The notes beneath the pieces are model-generated. The model saw only the letters and a list, made by a program, of their open reading frames with translations, did no database searches and was not told the origin of the DNA. A stretch of 55,696 nt of DNA, counting the filler, from Catajapyx aquilonaris (taxonomy: Eukaryota): NCBI GenBank assembly GCA_000934665.2. It is 3 parts of 3 records of this genome, joined end to end, with 100 filler letters (N's around TTAATTAATTAA, not from the genome) between each part and the next. Parts side by side here need not be neighbours in the genome. Positions count along the whole stretch, not along the records: positions 18,654 to 37,114 come from JYFJ02006689.1; 2 more parts are not named here. One strand, 5' to 3'. Positions 23,644 to 36,551 of this stretch are shown piece after piece. The translations under genes and the position numbers were made by a program. Position 1 is the stretch's first letter, and each line of letters opens with the position of its first letter.

Positions 23644-26600
23644 TTTAAATTGTATCCCGTTCTCAGACCTTGGGCCCTTATTGGGGGAGTGGGATACCAC
23701 CATTTGTATGGAACCATACACTGGATGTGTTTAGTTGTTCCAAGGGTAAGTAGGAGGGGATGTGCAAAGTGCAAGTGCAATGTCGTATATTGGTCATTTT
23801 GTGAACTCCCCCGGGTGGATTAGTCTAGCGGAAATTTCCACCCGAGACGAAGCCAGAGATGGCCCAACTCTGCATAAGATGAAGAGGGGAACCCCGGGCT
23901 GGGATCAAACCCGGGACCTTAACATCCGTGGGCGCGTGCGTTACCGCAGCACCACTCCGCCTCCCCATTTCACAGCATTACCATTGCTTGTAATAATTTC
24001 AATGCATAAGTGAAATTTGATCTTCTGCTAAGAAAAATAAACAGTCCAAATTCTACAGCAACCTTACATGAAAATCATACATTTTTTTATATCTTGAAAT
24101 CCGGTTTCCAAAATCAAAATCCTATTGTTAAACTCACAGTATTCAGACACCTCCCGGCTGGACCGGAGTTTGATCCCATTAGGGGCGTAGTAATAAACAT
24201 CTGCTTGACGCTTGGAGGAAGATGGTGAATCAGTAGCATTGCGATACACCAACTCCCGCCTCCACCCTAAAACATAATGAACACATTAGTTAAATTATGG
24301 AACAGTCATTGACGATACCTTGATTACACCCCTGGATGAGTTTTCAAAACAATTCAAAATTCACAGACCCTAACATGAATGTGGTTCTATAAATTTCACT
24401 CCTGCCTCATGGCAGGAAAATACAGTTTTATTATTCTTTAAACAGTTGAATCCAGATATAACACCCTTGGTTATAACAGACTTGAAAGGCCGGTCCTGGC
24501 ATACTTCCATAAGGCCCTGTGTATTTTTACTCCTGATATAACAGACTCTTTTCACCTCACGTCGGCTATAACAGACCATTTCTTGGCTCGCTGGGAAAAT
24601 ATGCTGCTTTTCATTATTGAGCTTCCTTTCCCAAACACAGTAAGGCAGCTAGAATACTGGAATGAGGGTGATTTTCCTTTAAATTAAAATTAAAATTAAA
24701 ATTTATATTCTGGTGGTTTGTGATGCTGTTTGAAAGGGATAGTCGCAAACTCATAGAGTACTCATAAATTCAGTCAGTTTGTCTACAAGTGGAATACCAG
24801 TCATACTCGTACATTAGCTGTGCAAAGATGGTGGTGGCACACCTTTTGGTGTGCACTGAGGAGAAGAGAACTGTCAGTTGGTTGTGAGTATAGAACAGGG
24901 GTTCCCAACCTGGAGCTGGTCCAGGGGGGCCATGAGAGGCCGCGGTTATTTTTATAAATTAAAAAATAACTAAAATTTAAAAAATTAATAAAATAAATTT
25001 TATAGGAAAATTTCATCACGATGGTTTTTTTTTCAACATCTACTAACACTCGGGGAGGGGGTCGCAGGTTACTTGACTATCATAAAAGGGGGTCGCGACC
25101 CGACAAAGGTTGGGAACCCCTGGTATAGAACAAATGAAACCCAGCAAAATGTATCAGCAAATGAAGCCTCTAAATGTATCTGGCAGTCATTTGTCTACAA
25201 GTGGTGCAAAACATTTCAGAAAGATGAAAGCAGTCTGATGAGGCACTGCCAGGCCAGTTTAATGCATAGCTGTGACACTGGAATTTTTTACACCAGTCAC
25301 AGGCACGTAAATGAGAGATGCATGGCATATGTACAGTGTTGGACATTAATCGAGGCATTCAAGGCACTGCACTGGTGGCTAGCGACATTTTCCGAATCGG
25401 CAGAAGAAGGAATCGAAGGTAAGGATACTGCAAGCCAGGCGAGCAAGATTCCTTCTTCTGCCGCTTCGGAAAATGTCGCTAGCAGTATGCCTCGATTTAT
25501 GTCCAACACTGTACACTTTTAAATAATAGTTGAGTGGGGAAGACCCGGCCAATATGGCCTTGCACCCCTGCTGGAGCGAAGCTCCTCAAAAGTCCACAGG
25601 AGTTGAGGACCAAGAATGCCAAAACCCTAAAACCATGAACCTCCCAGGCTTAAAACTAAAATGACCAAGGAAAAGCTGTCGCGAGACAGAAACCCCAACT
25701 GTGCCTGCATTTGCCAATACATTTAGATGGCTATTGTCCCTTCTGTGCACAAAACAGAATGATTGTTCTTTTATCCACCTTGTTGAATATCTGAATGGGT
25801 GCCGCCATATTGAACATAATTCTGTCAAAGTCACACTACATTTATGGACAAAATGCTTGAAGTTGTGAGTAGAATACAAATCTGCAGCAGTCCTTGTCAA
25901 ACACCCTGACAATAAATTTTTAAACTATTTACTAGAAAAACCCTCGCTTCGCAAGCATTTTTCTAGGGGGGCAGGCGCAGAAAACCACTCGATTTGCTCA
26001 GGTTTTTCTAGGCCAGTGGTGGACACCATATTGTTAATCGTTTCAAACCTAGCAAGTGATGATGTCCATCTCCCAATCATACCCATACCCCTACCCCCAT
26101 CCCCACCCCCACCCATTCCTCCATTTTAAGCTGCATTCACATATCAGCCATTCTGTACCCAGCATTCCACATGAAATCCCACCATTGCATTGGCTGGGAA
26201 ATATGTATTTGCCCACCTAAACATACCCATACCTTTTGAATGATTTTTTAAGGTGGTTGGGTAGTTATGGCCACATCCTAAGAAGTTCATGAAAATTGCA
26301 CGATTTACAGAAAAAAGTGTCCTCTTTAAAATAAACCCATAAAAAAGGGTCCTTACTGGTCAATTTATTGAACCACCGACACCTAAACATAGCTAATTTT
26401 ATCATTGGCCTTATGGAAAAACAGCCAGAAACAGCAAAAAAAGGCCAAAAATCTTACTTTAAAATCCTAACATATTTACATAAAACTATTCTCTTGAAAG
26501 CTTGAACTGTGTCGAGTTAATTAGCTGCATAAAATCCCAATGTTACCGGCTCTGTTCAGCAGTAATTATCAATTAACTGGATGTAGTGCAGTAGCGGGAT

Positions 26601-29600
26601 GTACGAAGCGGCAACGCCGCGCCGGCGGAGGGGGTGCCGTATCGATACGCAGATTATTGATATGCGTTAATAATATTCATCGATTCTAAGAACTCACATT
26701 AACATTATTTATTTGAGAATAATTTATAAAATTACATGTGTATTTGGTACTAAATGTCATTAGTACTACACGTAAATTCATAGCCAATCCTAATTATAAG
26801 ATTTTAATTAACCCGCTGCCGAAAATGGTTGGTTGGCAGCGCCACCACAGACTCTCGCGAGTGTTTTGTCAATTAGAATGTGACGTCACGTCGTGACGTA
26901 AGGTAGACTTAACAATGGGAGGGATTGCCGGACCTCACTATCAACCTAGGCACAAAAAGGTGCCGCAAAGCGACGCTAATAATGTCGAATATTGATAAAG
27001 TATGACTTTGGCCCTGGGCATATTTGTTGTATTCGGTTCGTACGTTCAATTGCGTGTCCATTTCGTGATGCTAAGGCCATATTAAGGCCTTTTTAGATCA
27101 TGTCAAACATAACGGCCACAGGGTAATCAAGGTTGGCAAGCCTGCTGATCGCTCCCTGAACCATGTCAGTTTCTACGCCAAAAAATATATATATTGCAGT
27201 GTATACCTAAAAATCAGTGCAGTTTCCGACATTATAAGTAGGCGTGTTATGTAGGGAGCCCTTGTTCCGAATTTTAAGTTCAACTTGTGGAATGTTTTTT
27301 ACAGGCTCTGATTTGACTTAAGATTCACTACCCAACCACCTTTATAAAGCCCAATAAATAACATATTTTATGACGGAAATTCACAACCCAGCATAATCGG
27401 AGATTGAAACAACACGTAATTAGAAGCCATTCAAAATTCGACCACAATATGCGATGAAGAGAAACATAACACTGTAGGAGCTACCTTTTCAAGTTTTGGC
27501 CACATTGAAACCATGCACTTTTTTCCATATACGATAAAGGAAACATACAAACTTCAAATGCGAATATCTCAAAATGACAAAAAGCAGACTTACATGATTC
27601 TGACTTGGGCCATCAGAGGTGTATTACCTCACTAGCAAAAATATTATGGCAAACAATTTTTTCAACTTTTATCATGGCTTGTATGTGATCGATACCATAT
27701 GAGAATTTTTAAAGTACGGTACGTTTCTCCATTACATGATACTGACAGCATTTGAGAACCAAGCAAAACTCTACACAGCCTACATTATTATGAGGTCCTC
27801 TCAAACCAAGACAGTTACAGTAATTGTTTCCCAAACGAATTTTCCCCACTGGTGTGGAGACATTAACGACAGATTTGCTACAGTGAGTGCCCATTAAGTC
27901 AGTTCCGAGTACAGGAGATGCATTGAAAAGCCGCCATGTTGACCGTTTGGTTCTCTGATGACGCAGTGGAAGAGAGGAAGCATTTTGTTGTAATATTTAG
28001 CAAGTGAGTTATAACAGCTATTCCTGACTGGTGATACTGAGGAAGTAAGAGGACATAAAACTACAGTATGTTCTCCTTATTTTCCGGATCAAGAAAATCA
28101 CACACTTTTCGCATGTAAAATATAGACAAACCCCCACTCAATACCAGCTGACCCAGCCTAATACTGATATAGCCACCAGATGTGTGTTTCTTAAAATCTG
28201 ATTAACCCAGTATTTATTGGCATGCTGTAGAATGCAGGGTAACACAGTATATTGACTTCTTTATTTCTGACGAGTCATTCATTTACAATTTTATCTTTCC
28301 CTTTTTTTCATTACACACATTATTATGCACTTTTTTTCCACAAAAAATCTCAGCACCCACAGAAAAATCAGCAGCCTCCAGATTCATTACTTTACATACC
28401 CTAATTCCTTCATTGGACAAGATATTTTTGGGCAAACATGGTTTGGGGAAAGAGCTAACTAAGCATGACACCAAAATGAGTAGTACAATGCATGAATTTG
28501 TTTTCTAGGTGCAACCTACGGGTTGAAAATTGTCAAGGAAAATATTTTGATGGCATAACTGCAGCAAGTTTGTATTTAAGCCAATTTAATATCTTCACTT
28601 TTTTTTCCCCTTTGGAAACATATTACCACTCATGCAAATACAAGGAGCATCCAGAAAGTAAGTTCCGTTTTTTTATTAGAAAAACCACAATGCCTCCCCG
28701 GAATTTTTATTTGCACATCTGAAATCGACAACTGTCTACTTTTTTTCAAAATAGTTTCCAGCCAAATTGGGGCATTTTTCATTGAGTTGCACAATATCTT
28801 CTATGCCTATGTCATAGAAGTCTGCCGCCAGACATTTCCCCGATCCCTGAACGCTGGAATGCAACTCCTCATCATCGTCAACCTTCTGCTTCTCCCTGTC
28901 CATGGATATGTGGTAATCGCTAGGCTCTAAATTCCAGGTGATCAAAATAATCTCACTTGCATTGTTGCGGCAGGGTTCCAGTAAGCAAGGCAGTACGCAG
29001 GGGGGAATTGTCGCACAAGAAAACACCACGAAACTCAACATGCTGCCCAAAGCTTCAACTCAAAGGTTCATTGTGAGGCATTACAGAAGTTCAAGATGGC
29101 AATTCACAAGAAATGTATCGGTATATTGAACTTTGGGGTGATTTCTTGGCGACAATGCTCCCCTCCGTACTGCCTGGTTTACTGGAACCCTGCCGCAACA
29201 ATTCAAGTGAGAATTTTTTGATCACCTGGGATTTAGAGCCTAGCGATTACCACGTATCCATGGACAGGGAGAAATGCCTTGCAAAGCAGAAGGTTGACGA
29301 TGATGAGGAGTTGCATTCCAGCGTTCAGGGATCGCGGAAATGGCTGGTGGCAGACTTCTATGACATAGGCATAGAAGATATTGTGCAACTCAATGAAAAA
29401 TGCCCCAATTTGGCTGGAAACAATTTTGAAAAAAAGGAGACAGTTGTCGATTTCAGATGTGTAAATAAAAGTTCTGGGGGTGCATTGTGGTTTTTCTAAT
29501 TAAAATATGCAACTTACTTTCTGGACGCTCTTCGTAACTATTGGCTTCCTGTAAAAATATGGTCATTTTCAATTTTACAAAATTGCAAACCATCAGAAAA

Positions 29601-32600
29601 TCTATGGCAAGCCATACAATGTGGATGTGGTGGACATGCCCTCCTGAAAGTTTTGCAGGCTTGACACTGCAGCTACACCCTTAGACATCTACTTTCCAGT
29701 TTCCCATACCTAGCTTCTTTCTATCAATTTTCTTCTATCAATTCTTTTACTCATTTTCATTAGAAACAGGAAAAAATGCAAAATTTCTTCCTGTCTCATT
29801 AAGTGGTGTGGGTATTATGAGAATAACTTAAATGAATACTCACCATGAGAAAATGGCTCTCTGAATTCAGGTGCAGAAGTATCGTACTTCTTCATGGACA
29901 AGGAGTAGCGAGGCTTCTTCCCCCCACTGCTTGTGACACTACTGCTGGTTAAACTGTCCACTGGAAAAGTAACATATGTCAATGAATCACAGTTACTTGT
30001 ACAGATTACATGATGAAACAAACGTAGCCATCCTAATAACCATGGCGCAAATGAACCACTCATTCACAACCCTTTCCATTGCCGATGATGTACTTCTGGA
30101 TGTTGAAAAGAGTCGCACCTCAGGAGGAAAGGTTCCCAAAAATTTGAAAATTGGAGACCGTGGATGGAATTTTCGTCCTGCTAAGTTAGCATTAACTATC
30201 CAACAAGCCTAAAAACAAGACTGGGGCTGATTCCAAGGTAAAAGTGTGACCAACTCAAGCCCTTCCCCCTATCTTGTAGGTTAGGTTGGAGCTACTGCAG
30301 GCACTGGTGTTGCCAATGGACATGACATCGCTATAGAAACTACCATATATTTTGTAATCAATGCAGTACCATATTCGTTTTGTATTTCACTTCGTGTTTT
30401 GTATCTCATTTTGTATTTACGATTCCTGCTCAACTTGCAATGTTCCTCATGATAGCAGTACGATGCTAACTCAAAGCCAATTGCACATGTAAACAACATT
30501 CATGCATTCTGCCATTGCATCCAGAAGTCGCACCATATGTAGCACAACTTGACTGAACAGTAAAACAAAGAATCAAATGCAATGAGTTAGAACTCATCAT
30601 CCTGATTCCATTTCACGCCATCAACTGATTGTTTCCCAAGGTGCCTTTGGCAGCGTTCCGGATGGTTCACCAAATTCTTTGCCATGCATTATAAATCGTG
30701 ACACAGCCTACTGTAACTCTATGGGCCGGTTGCACGAACCGTTCCTAGGAGGTGGGAGTGCTGCTAGGAAGGGATTTCACTGCACCAACCCCTCCTATGG
30801 GCTAGGAGCGATCCTACCTCCTAGTAAGACCCGGACCCACTCTTACCGGCTGGGAGCGCTCCCAGCAGTCCAAGGTCTTTCCTCCCTAATCCATTGAGCC
30901 CTGTGTTTGATTCGAAACAACTATGAAGATGATCCAAAAAAATCATATTATGTATCATTTGAAAGCTTGTTTCAATCCTCATAGGATATGTGCAAGTTGT
31001 TTTCCTATGTTCTTTGTGTAATTTCTTATCCCAAAAAGAAGGTGGAAAAATGTCATTTTTTGATACGTTGCAGGGCGTTACGCCAAAATAGTTTTTTTAT
31101 TCGACACTTACCGGAGGATACATAAGTTTTCCTGTGAACCCTGGATAGTGCAAATCTTTGTCTATCTAACCATATATTTAAAATTTAGAAATTACCATTT
31201 GGGCAATCATAATTAAGTATATTGCACGCCTCTGCTATCTCGGCCGTTTTTCATCCGAATTACTTCGCGAATGTTTCGATGGCAAGCCAGAAATGTGGGT
31301 GATAAAATTAAACAGCGCTACCAAAACTTAAATTTTTCTCAGCCTCACTATAAAATTTGCTGCATCTTTTGGCTTGTTCGGGCTCCTTGCCTTAGCCCGC
31401 CTTGGCCCAAAACCTGCCTGCCGGGATTGCGTCATGCAGGACCACGTTCATCACTAAAGAAGCTAATTTATGTTTTTAATCATATAAAACATATTCTCCA
31501 GCTGTGTAATATTATTTTAATGCATGTAAAACAGTTATTTTATTAATAAATAACCAGATCATCAAGACGGGTGTGGAAGCCAGGCGCGACTGCCCGATAA
31601 CAAGGGAAGGAAGACCCGTACGTAGGATGCCTCCTAGTTTGGGTTGGTGCAACCCTCGGCCACTTAGGAGCGCTCTTACCCGTAGGGGGCCCCTACATAG
31701 GAGCACTCCTAGGAACTGTTCACACGTGGTGACTTCAGTCATGAGCGATAGCAACTTACTGCTGCAGTCGCTCGTGTCCGGCACTGCAAGCGCTCGACTC
31801 TGCAACTGCAGTGGGGCAGAAGCTCGCGACAGCAGAAAATGGCATTTTCTTGACAAAATTCATGATTCGGGGGTTTTCATGGCCCAGAAATTCAAATCTG
31901 TTGCTAAGAATTCAAATATGGCGGACCTCTGAGAATAAAACGCCTCAAATAAAATCGATATTTGGGATTGGCGTGTTTTCCAGGTAGAAGATTTCAAATC
32001 TGTTGGTAAATATTCACAATTAAAAATGGGGGATCCAATATGACAGATACAGTATATTAGAGTAATACAGTAAAACTTCTATAAGTCGAACTTCCCTAAG
32101 TCGAAGTTCTCTATAAGTCTAAGAAAATGATGAGCTTGGTTGGTCACAATGTAAAATAAAAGGAAATAAACTTCCCTAACTCGAATTTCTATAACTCAAA
32201 GTTCTCCATAACTCGAAGTGCTGGCAGGGCCTTACGATGGGATATAAATGCATTTTCAGTCTCCCTAAGTCGAAGTTCACGTTGGCGAGTAAGGAAAATG
32301 TTCTCATTTCCCAGCCGAAGGGTCGAGGGTACGCCACATGTACAGAAAGGCTCAATTTCCTCATTTCCGTCTACCAGATATACCGGAAGAAGTGCTTGAC
32401 TCGATTGTGACAATTGAATCCTTGAATTTAAGGGTAGGCGAATGTCCATAACAGAGGTTTTTTTTAGATCAAAACAACGAGGAACATTGTAAGTGTGATA
32501 GTGACAGTTATTTTTAAGTTTTGAACACCTTTTGTCGCTGGATATGAAGGTATAGGCTTCCTTATATCGTTATGTGCTTTAAAAACTGCAAACTTCTCTA

Positions 32601-35032
32601 ACTCGAATCTTCTATAACTCGAAGTTTTTTCCCGGTCCCATGGAGATTCGACTTATAGAAGTTTTACTGTATTTGAAATCGACTACCTGGAAACCCCTGA
32701 ATCCCAGTTTTCGATTCAATTTGAGGAGTTTTACGCTCCGAGGTCTGGCATATTGGATCCGCCAGTTTAAATTTTGACACTGTAACAACATATTTGGAAT
32801 CATCTACCTAGAAAACCACCAAATTCGATTTAATCTAAGTAATTTTACCATCAGATGTATGCCATATTGGATCCACCATTTTGAATTTTGATATTTTAAC
32901 AACATGTTTGAAATTGTCGACCATGAAAACCCCCTTATCATGGATTTTGTCGAGAAAATGCAATTATTTTCTTTTGGCCACCTTTTTCCAATTTGGTATT
33001 ACTTGGTCCGGTAGTGGCACGCGTGGCCTTGAGCGCTTCAGCGCTTGTAGAAGCAAAGATCCTCGGGCCAGCTACTCAGTCGCCACGTGTGAATGCTCTC
33101 ATTCAATCCTGCGTATTTCCAAAGGTCGCCACGTGTGAACAGGGCCGAACATAAGACTGCAGATATTTTTTAAAATATCAAATTATTAAATCATTTGTCA
33201 TCTTCAATTGGACGGTGTTATGCAAGAATGAGTCAACCCACATGAGACCAGTTTTGGGAAAAACGGCTTTGAAGGTCATACCTGTGAAATTAATTCAGTG
33301 TTCCTTCTGGTCATTTATGGCAGAAGTATGCAGATTTCACCAGCGTGATTTTAACTGAATGAAGTAGGATCCTTTGGGTGTATTTTCATGGGCCTAACTC
33401 AATTTTGACATTTTTGTGGGTTGTCCCATTGTTGCATAACACCATCCAATTTTGGGTCAGCTGCAGTAGTACCCATCGGAAGCTGCATGTCCTGCCCCCT
33501 TCCTTTTCTGGGTTGTCAATAGGTGCATTATATTGAGTGGACTATGGTCATGTTTTTAGGCCTGTTGGACTAGCAGTGGGACAAACCCTGTATCGCTCCA
33601 GTTTTGAAGGTATACAGGGTGGTCGGTAAATGGCGCACAAGCTTCAGGTAGCGAGATTCGTTGTGAAAAATCAGTATATGGAAGTGAAGGTCATATTGCT
33701 CTACGAGGCCTGGTTAGGGCTCACGAGGCCTCCAAAGTTTGTGCCAAATCATGACGTCACATCCGCCCGCGAAATTCAAACACTACCGTATCGCTACTGT
33801 CTGTGATTTCGTTGCCAGGGATTGCCATGTTGACATCCCCCACATTTCCACCCTACAATGGAACCGTATAAACTCGCCGGGACGTTGCCAGGCATTGCCA
33901 TACCTTCGTCGCCGCGTGCCTGGCAACGTCCATGAGTTTATACGGTTCCATTGTAAGGTGGAAATGTGGGGGGTGCCAACATGGCAATCCCTGGCAACGA
34001 AATCACAGACAGTAGCGATACGGTAGTGTTTGAATTTCGCGGGCGGATGTGACGTCATGATTTGGCCCAAACTTTGGAGGCCTCGTGAACCCTAACCAGG
34101 TCTCGTAGAGCAATATGACCTTCACTTCCATATACTGGTTTTTCACAACGAATCTCGCTACCTGAAGCTTGTGCGCCATTTACCGACCACCCTGTATAAG
34201 CCCAATGGGCTTGACCTTCCCTTAAATTTTCTTTCACCAACATTCGGCATTGCCTGTTAGAGAAAAGTAATGCACTGCAAAACAATTATTTTCTGCACAG
34301 AAAATATTCCCTGATCAGTAGGAAAGCAACCAACTGCTACATCAAAGCACACAGGAATTCAACCATTATAAATGATTTAAAAGAGGGAGGCATGGCGGTG
34401 TAGTGGTTACGCTGCTGGCCAGCCAAGCGGGAGGCCGGGGTTCAAATCCCATCCCCGTCACCTCTGCTCGGCCGGGTCTTTTTCCGATTTTCACCTGACA
34501 TGCCGGGGCAGAATTGCACTCCCTACTCTGCCCAGGGCCAGGAGAGAAGACCTGGTGTTTAAAGAATTACAGAAATGACTACCACACAGCGCCCTCCCTT
34601 GGGAACCTCCCCTTGCCCCCTAAGAGGGCCTCAGGCCCTATCACAGGGTATTTAAAAATAAAAAACAACAAAAAAACTTTAAAAGTTAAAATAACACATC
34701 TCACAGTTAAACTCACCAGGGGACATAGCAGGAGTTCTCATTGAAACTTCCAGATCACCAACTCCTGCATTTGAAGCGGAGTCTTCCATGCTCACAATCA
34801 AGTTTTCTTCCGTATCATTGCGTTGTGGCTCTACAATGTAACAAGCTTCAAATGGTTCAGTAATCACTATCTCACTCAAATCTTCGGGCTCCACCTCTGG
34901 GTGTCTTTCACTAAAATCGGTCAAGAAATTTCCGACCGAGTCCTGATCGCTTATTAATTCAGCGTGAGCATTCGAAGCATTTCTTCTCACAATGGCAGTT
35001 TCACAGATTTCCCGGATGGGCGACGCTGCCAT
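22012..35032 (-). CDS. Methyl-CpG-binding domain (MBD) protein; at least 468 aa, 3' end uncertain
   Basis: Phase-consistent GT-AG exons 35032-34717, 29960-29844, 24266-24138 and 22856-22016 (or read on to TGA at 22012). The spliced MBD reads EFREPFSHGWRRELVYRNATDSPSSSKRQADVYYYAPNGIKLRSSREVSEYLSQTQSTLTMSNFTFAKDKVGIDDPALEIVRDAK, followed by an NLS-like GKRKRP and a Pro/Ser/acidic region. Confidence 0.82.
23208..23540. mobile_element. MITE with ~70 bp TIRs
   Basis: AAGGTCGGTTGCCTCCGATTTGGTTGA... is inverted as ...TCAACCAAATCGGAGGCGACCGACCTT. Confidence 0.75.
23583..23966 (-). mobile_element. tRNA-derived SINE (family A)
   Basis: Pol III-like head (GTGGTGCTGCGG...GGGTTTGATCCC), (AAT)n tail and 14-bp TSD ATTTCACAGCATTA (23569-23582 / 23967-23980). 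Homologous to 54451-54751. Confidence 0.85.
24896..25122. mobile_element. hAT (Charlie-like) MITE
   Basis: TIR CAGGGGTTCCCAACCT / AGGTTGGGAACCCCTG with a perfect 8-bp TSD GTATAGAA. Confidence 0.92.
25334..25511. mobile_element. Tc1-like palindromic MITE
   Basis: TA|CAGTGTTGGACATTAATCGAGGCA ... TGCCTCGATTTATGTCCAACACTG|TA. Confidence 0.88.
26252..27340. mobile_element. Non-autonomous TTAA-type (Kolobok-like) DNA transposon
   Basis: TTAA|GGTGGTTGGGTAGT ... ACTACCCAACCACC|TTTA, with a CpG-rich interior. Confidence 0.65.
28641..29534. mobile_element. Foldback element made of two inverted mariner 3' ends
   Basis: TA TSDs and arms of about 410 bp. Both arms encode a decayed mariner C-terminus (DLEPSDYH ~ SPDLAPSDYH; DDDEELHSSV..W..ADFYDIGIEDIVQLNEKCPNLAGNYFEK). 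Confidence 0.88.
31845..32960. mobile_element. Old inverted-repeat element hosting a nested Tigger MITE
   Basis: TTTCTTGACAAAATTCATGATTCGGGGGTTTTCATGG (about 31846) is inverted as CCATGAAAACCCCCTTATCATGGATTTTGTCGAGAAA (about 32920-32957). Confidence 0.6.
32068..32669. mobile_element. pogo/Tigger-like MITE
   Basis: TA|CAGTAAAACTTCTATAAGTCGAA ... TTCGACTTATAGAAGTTTTACTG|TA, with repeated subterminal CTATAAGTCGAA/CTATAACTCGAA. Confidence 0.9.
33615..34194. mobile_element. Near-perfect 580-bp palindromic Tc1/mariner MITE
   Basis: TA|CAGGGTGGTCGGTAAATGG ... CCATTTACCGACCACCCTG|TA, with arms of about 275 bp and few mismatches. Confidence 0.93.
34385..34677 (+). mobile_element. tRNA-derived SINE (family B)
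   Basis: A-box-like GGTGTAGTGG, B-box GGTTCAAATCC, a 3' stem-loop plus A-rich tail, and flanking TTTAAAAG repeats. Confidence 0.75.
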
Positions 35033-35617
35033 AGGCACTTCAATCTATCCAGCTGCTTAATTCTCACCTCTTTGTCTTACAGGGAGGTGGAGTGACAGTG
35101 CCTACACAAACTGGTTCATATCTGGAAAAAAAGAAAGATATAATTAGTTGTTATTCAAGATTTTATACAGCCACTTAAAACCTAAACCAAAGTGTCACTA
35201 CCAATGGCTATAGTGGTATGGAAACCCTGATCAAGGCCTCCAGTACTGCAATGCCGTCACAGGGAAAAAATGGCAAATGGAGACAGAAAATGTTGGCTGC
35301 TAGATCAGTGAAGTAGAAAAATGAGCTCACAAGGTGACTGCCTCAAGTCACCCAAAAACGACTACTGAATATGCTCTTGGAGCTCAAGTTTGAAGATATA
35401 CACTGAGTAAATGAAGTGGGCGTTTCTTTAAGAAATGATAGAGGGGACCTGGGTGTCCCTAAATTATTGTAAACTTTTGAAAGTTGCGTAATTTCTATTA
35501 GTTGCAGTGTAATGACAAGACAGACATAGAACGAAAGAGCACATTTTGAAGTTTTTATTGCACACAGAAACGTTGGTTCTGCAATTTGCCGTGAGGCGCA
35601 CAGCGCCACTCCACGAA

Positions 35618-36545
35618 ATGGCGTCTCCCGAACAGAAAGCGTTGTGTGTCCTGCAGTTTGCAAAGCTTGGTTCGGTAGTTGCTGCTCAGCGGGCCTTCCG
35701 GCGACAGTACGGACAACATTACGCCCCTCCCTAAAATCACATTCAACAGTGGTTCAAGAAGTTTTAGACGACGGGATGCCTTTGCAAGGGCACGTCCCGT
35801 CTGCGTTGCAAGTGCACGTCCGCGTTGCAAGCGCACGTCTGCGTGTGTTGGAGGAGAGAGCCAAGAGTGTGATGGAGTCTTTCACGTGCGGTAAATCTGT
35901 GCGGTGTGCCAGCCGTGAACTATCAATGCTGCGGATGACGCTGTGGCAGCCATTGCGAAAGCGACTGCGGATTCGGCCCTATCGTCTGCAACTGCTGCAT
36001 GCCCTGAAACCTACAGACCATGCGGCACGTACCAAGTTCAGCACCGAAATGCAGCATGCTATGGAGGTTGACGCTGACTTCCCTGATCATCTTGTCTTCA
36101 GCGACGAATCAACATTTCACCTTTAATAGTGGTAAGGTGAACCGACATAATGTGCGGATCTGGGGACAGAGAATCCACACGCAGTGGTGCAGTATGTAAG
36201 GGATTCCCCAAAGGTCAACATTTTCTGCGCCATGTCCAGAAGGAAAGTATACAGCCCATTCTTTTCTATGAAGGCAACTGTTACGGACATCTACCTGGAC
36301 ATGCTCCAGAATTGGCTCTTCCCTCAGCTGGAGGGCGAAGAGCATAATTTATTTGGCAACAAGATGGGGCACCTCCTCATTATTTTCACGATGTGTGAGA
36401 ATGGCTGAATGATGTCGTTCCCCAATGGTGCCAGTCAGGAAGATCTGGTTTTTCTCCAGTGACCTCCAAGGTCTTCCGACCTCACCCCATGTGACTTTTT
36501 CCTCTGGGGGTATGAAAAAGTCCAGGTCTTCATACCACCTCCACC
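35618..36545 (+). pseudogene. Decayed Tc1/mariner (rosa/DD41D-like) transposase
   Basis: MASPEQKALCVLQFAK..SVVAAQRAFRRQY; KSVRCASRELS; LRIRPYRLQLLHALKPTD; LVFSDESTFHL; SGKVNRHNVRIWGTENP; WQQDGAPPHY; PRSSDLTPCDFFLWGY. It has several frameshifts and stops and is cut by another element at 36552. Confidence 0.9.
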
Positions 36546-36551
36546 TGCTGC

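Noticed and set aside
28736..29499. Two ORFs as functional genes
   Set aside because: They are decayed mariner C-terminal fragments lacking the HTH and the first catalytic residues.
33739..34070. Pair of near-identical ORFs on opposite strands
   Set aside because: This follows from the MITE palindrome.
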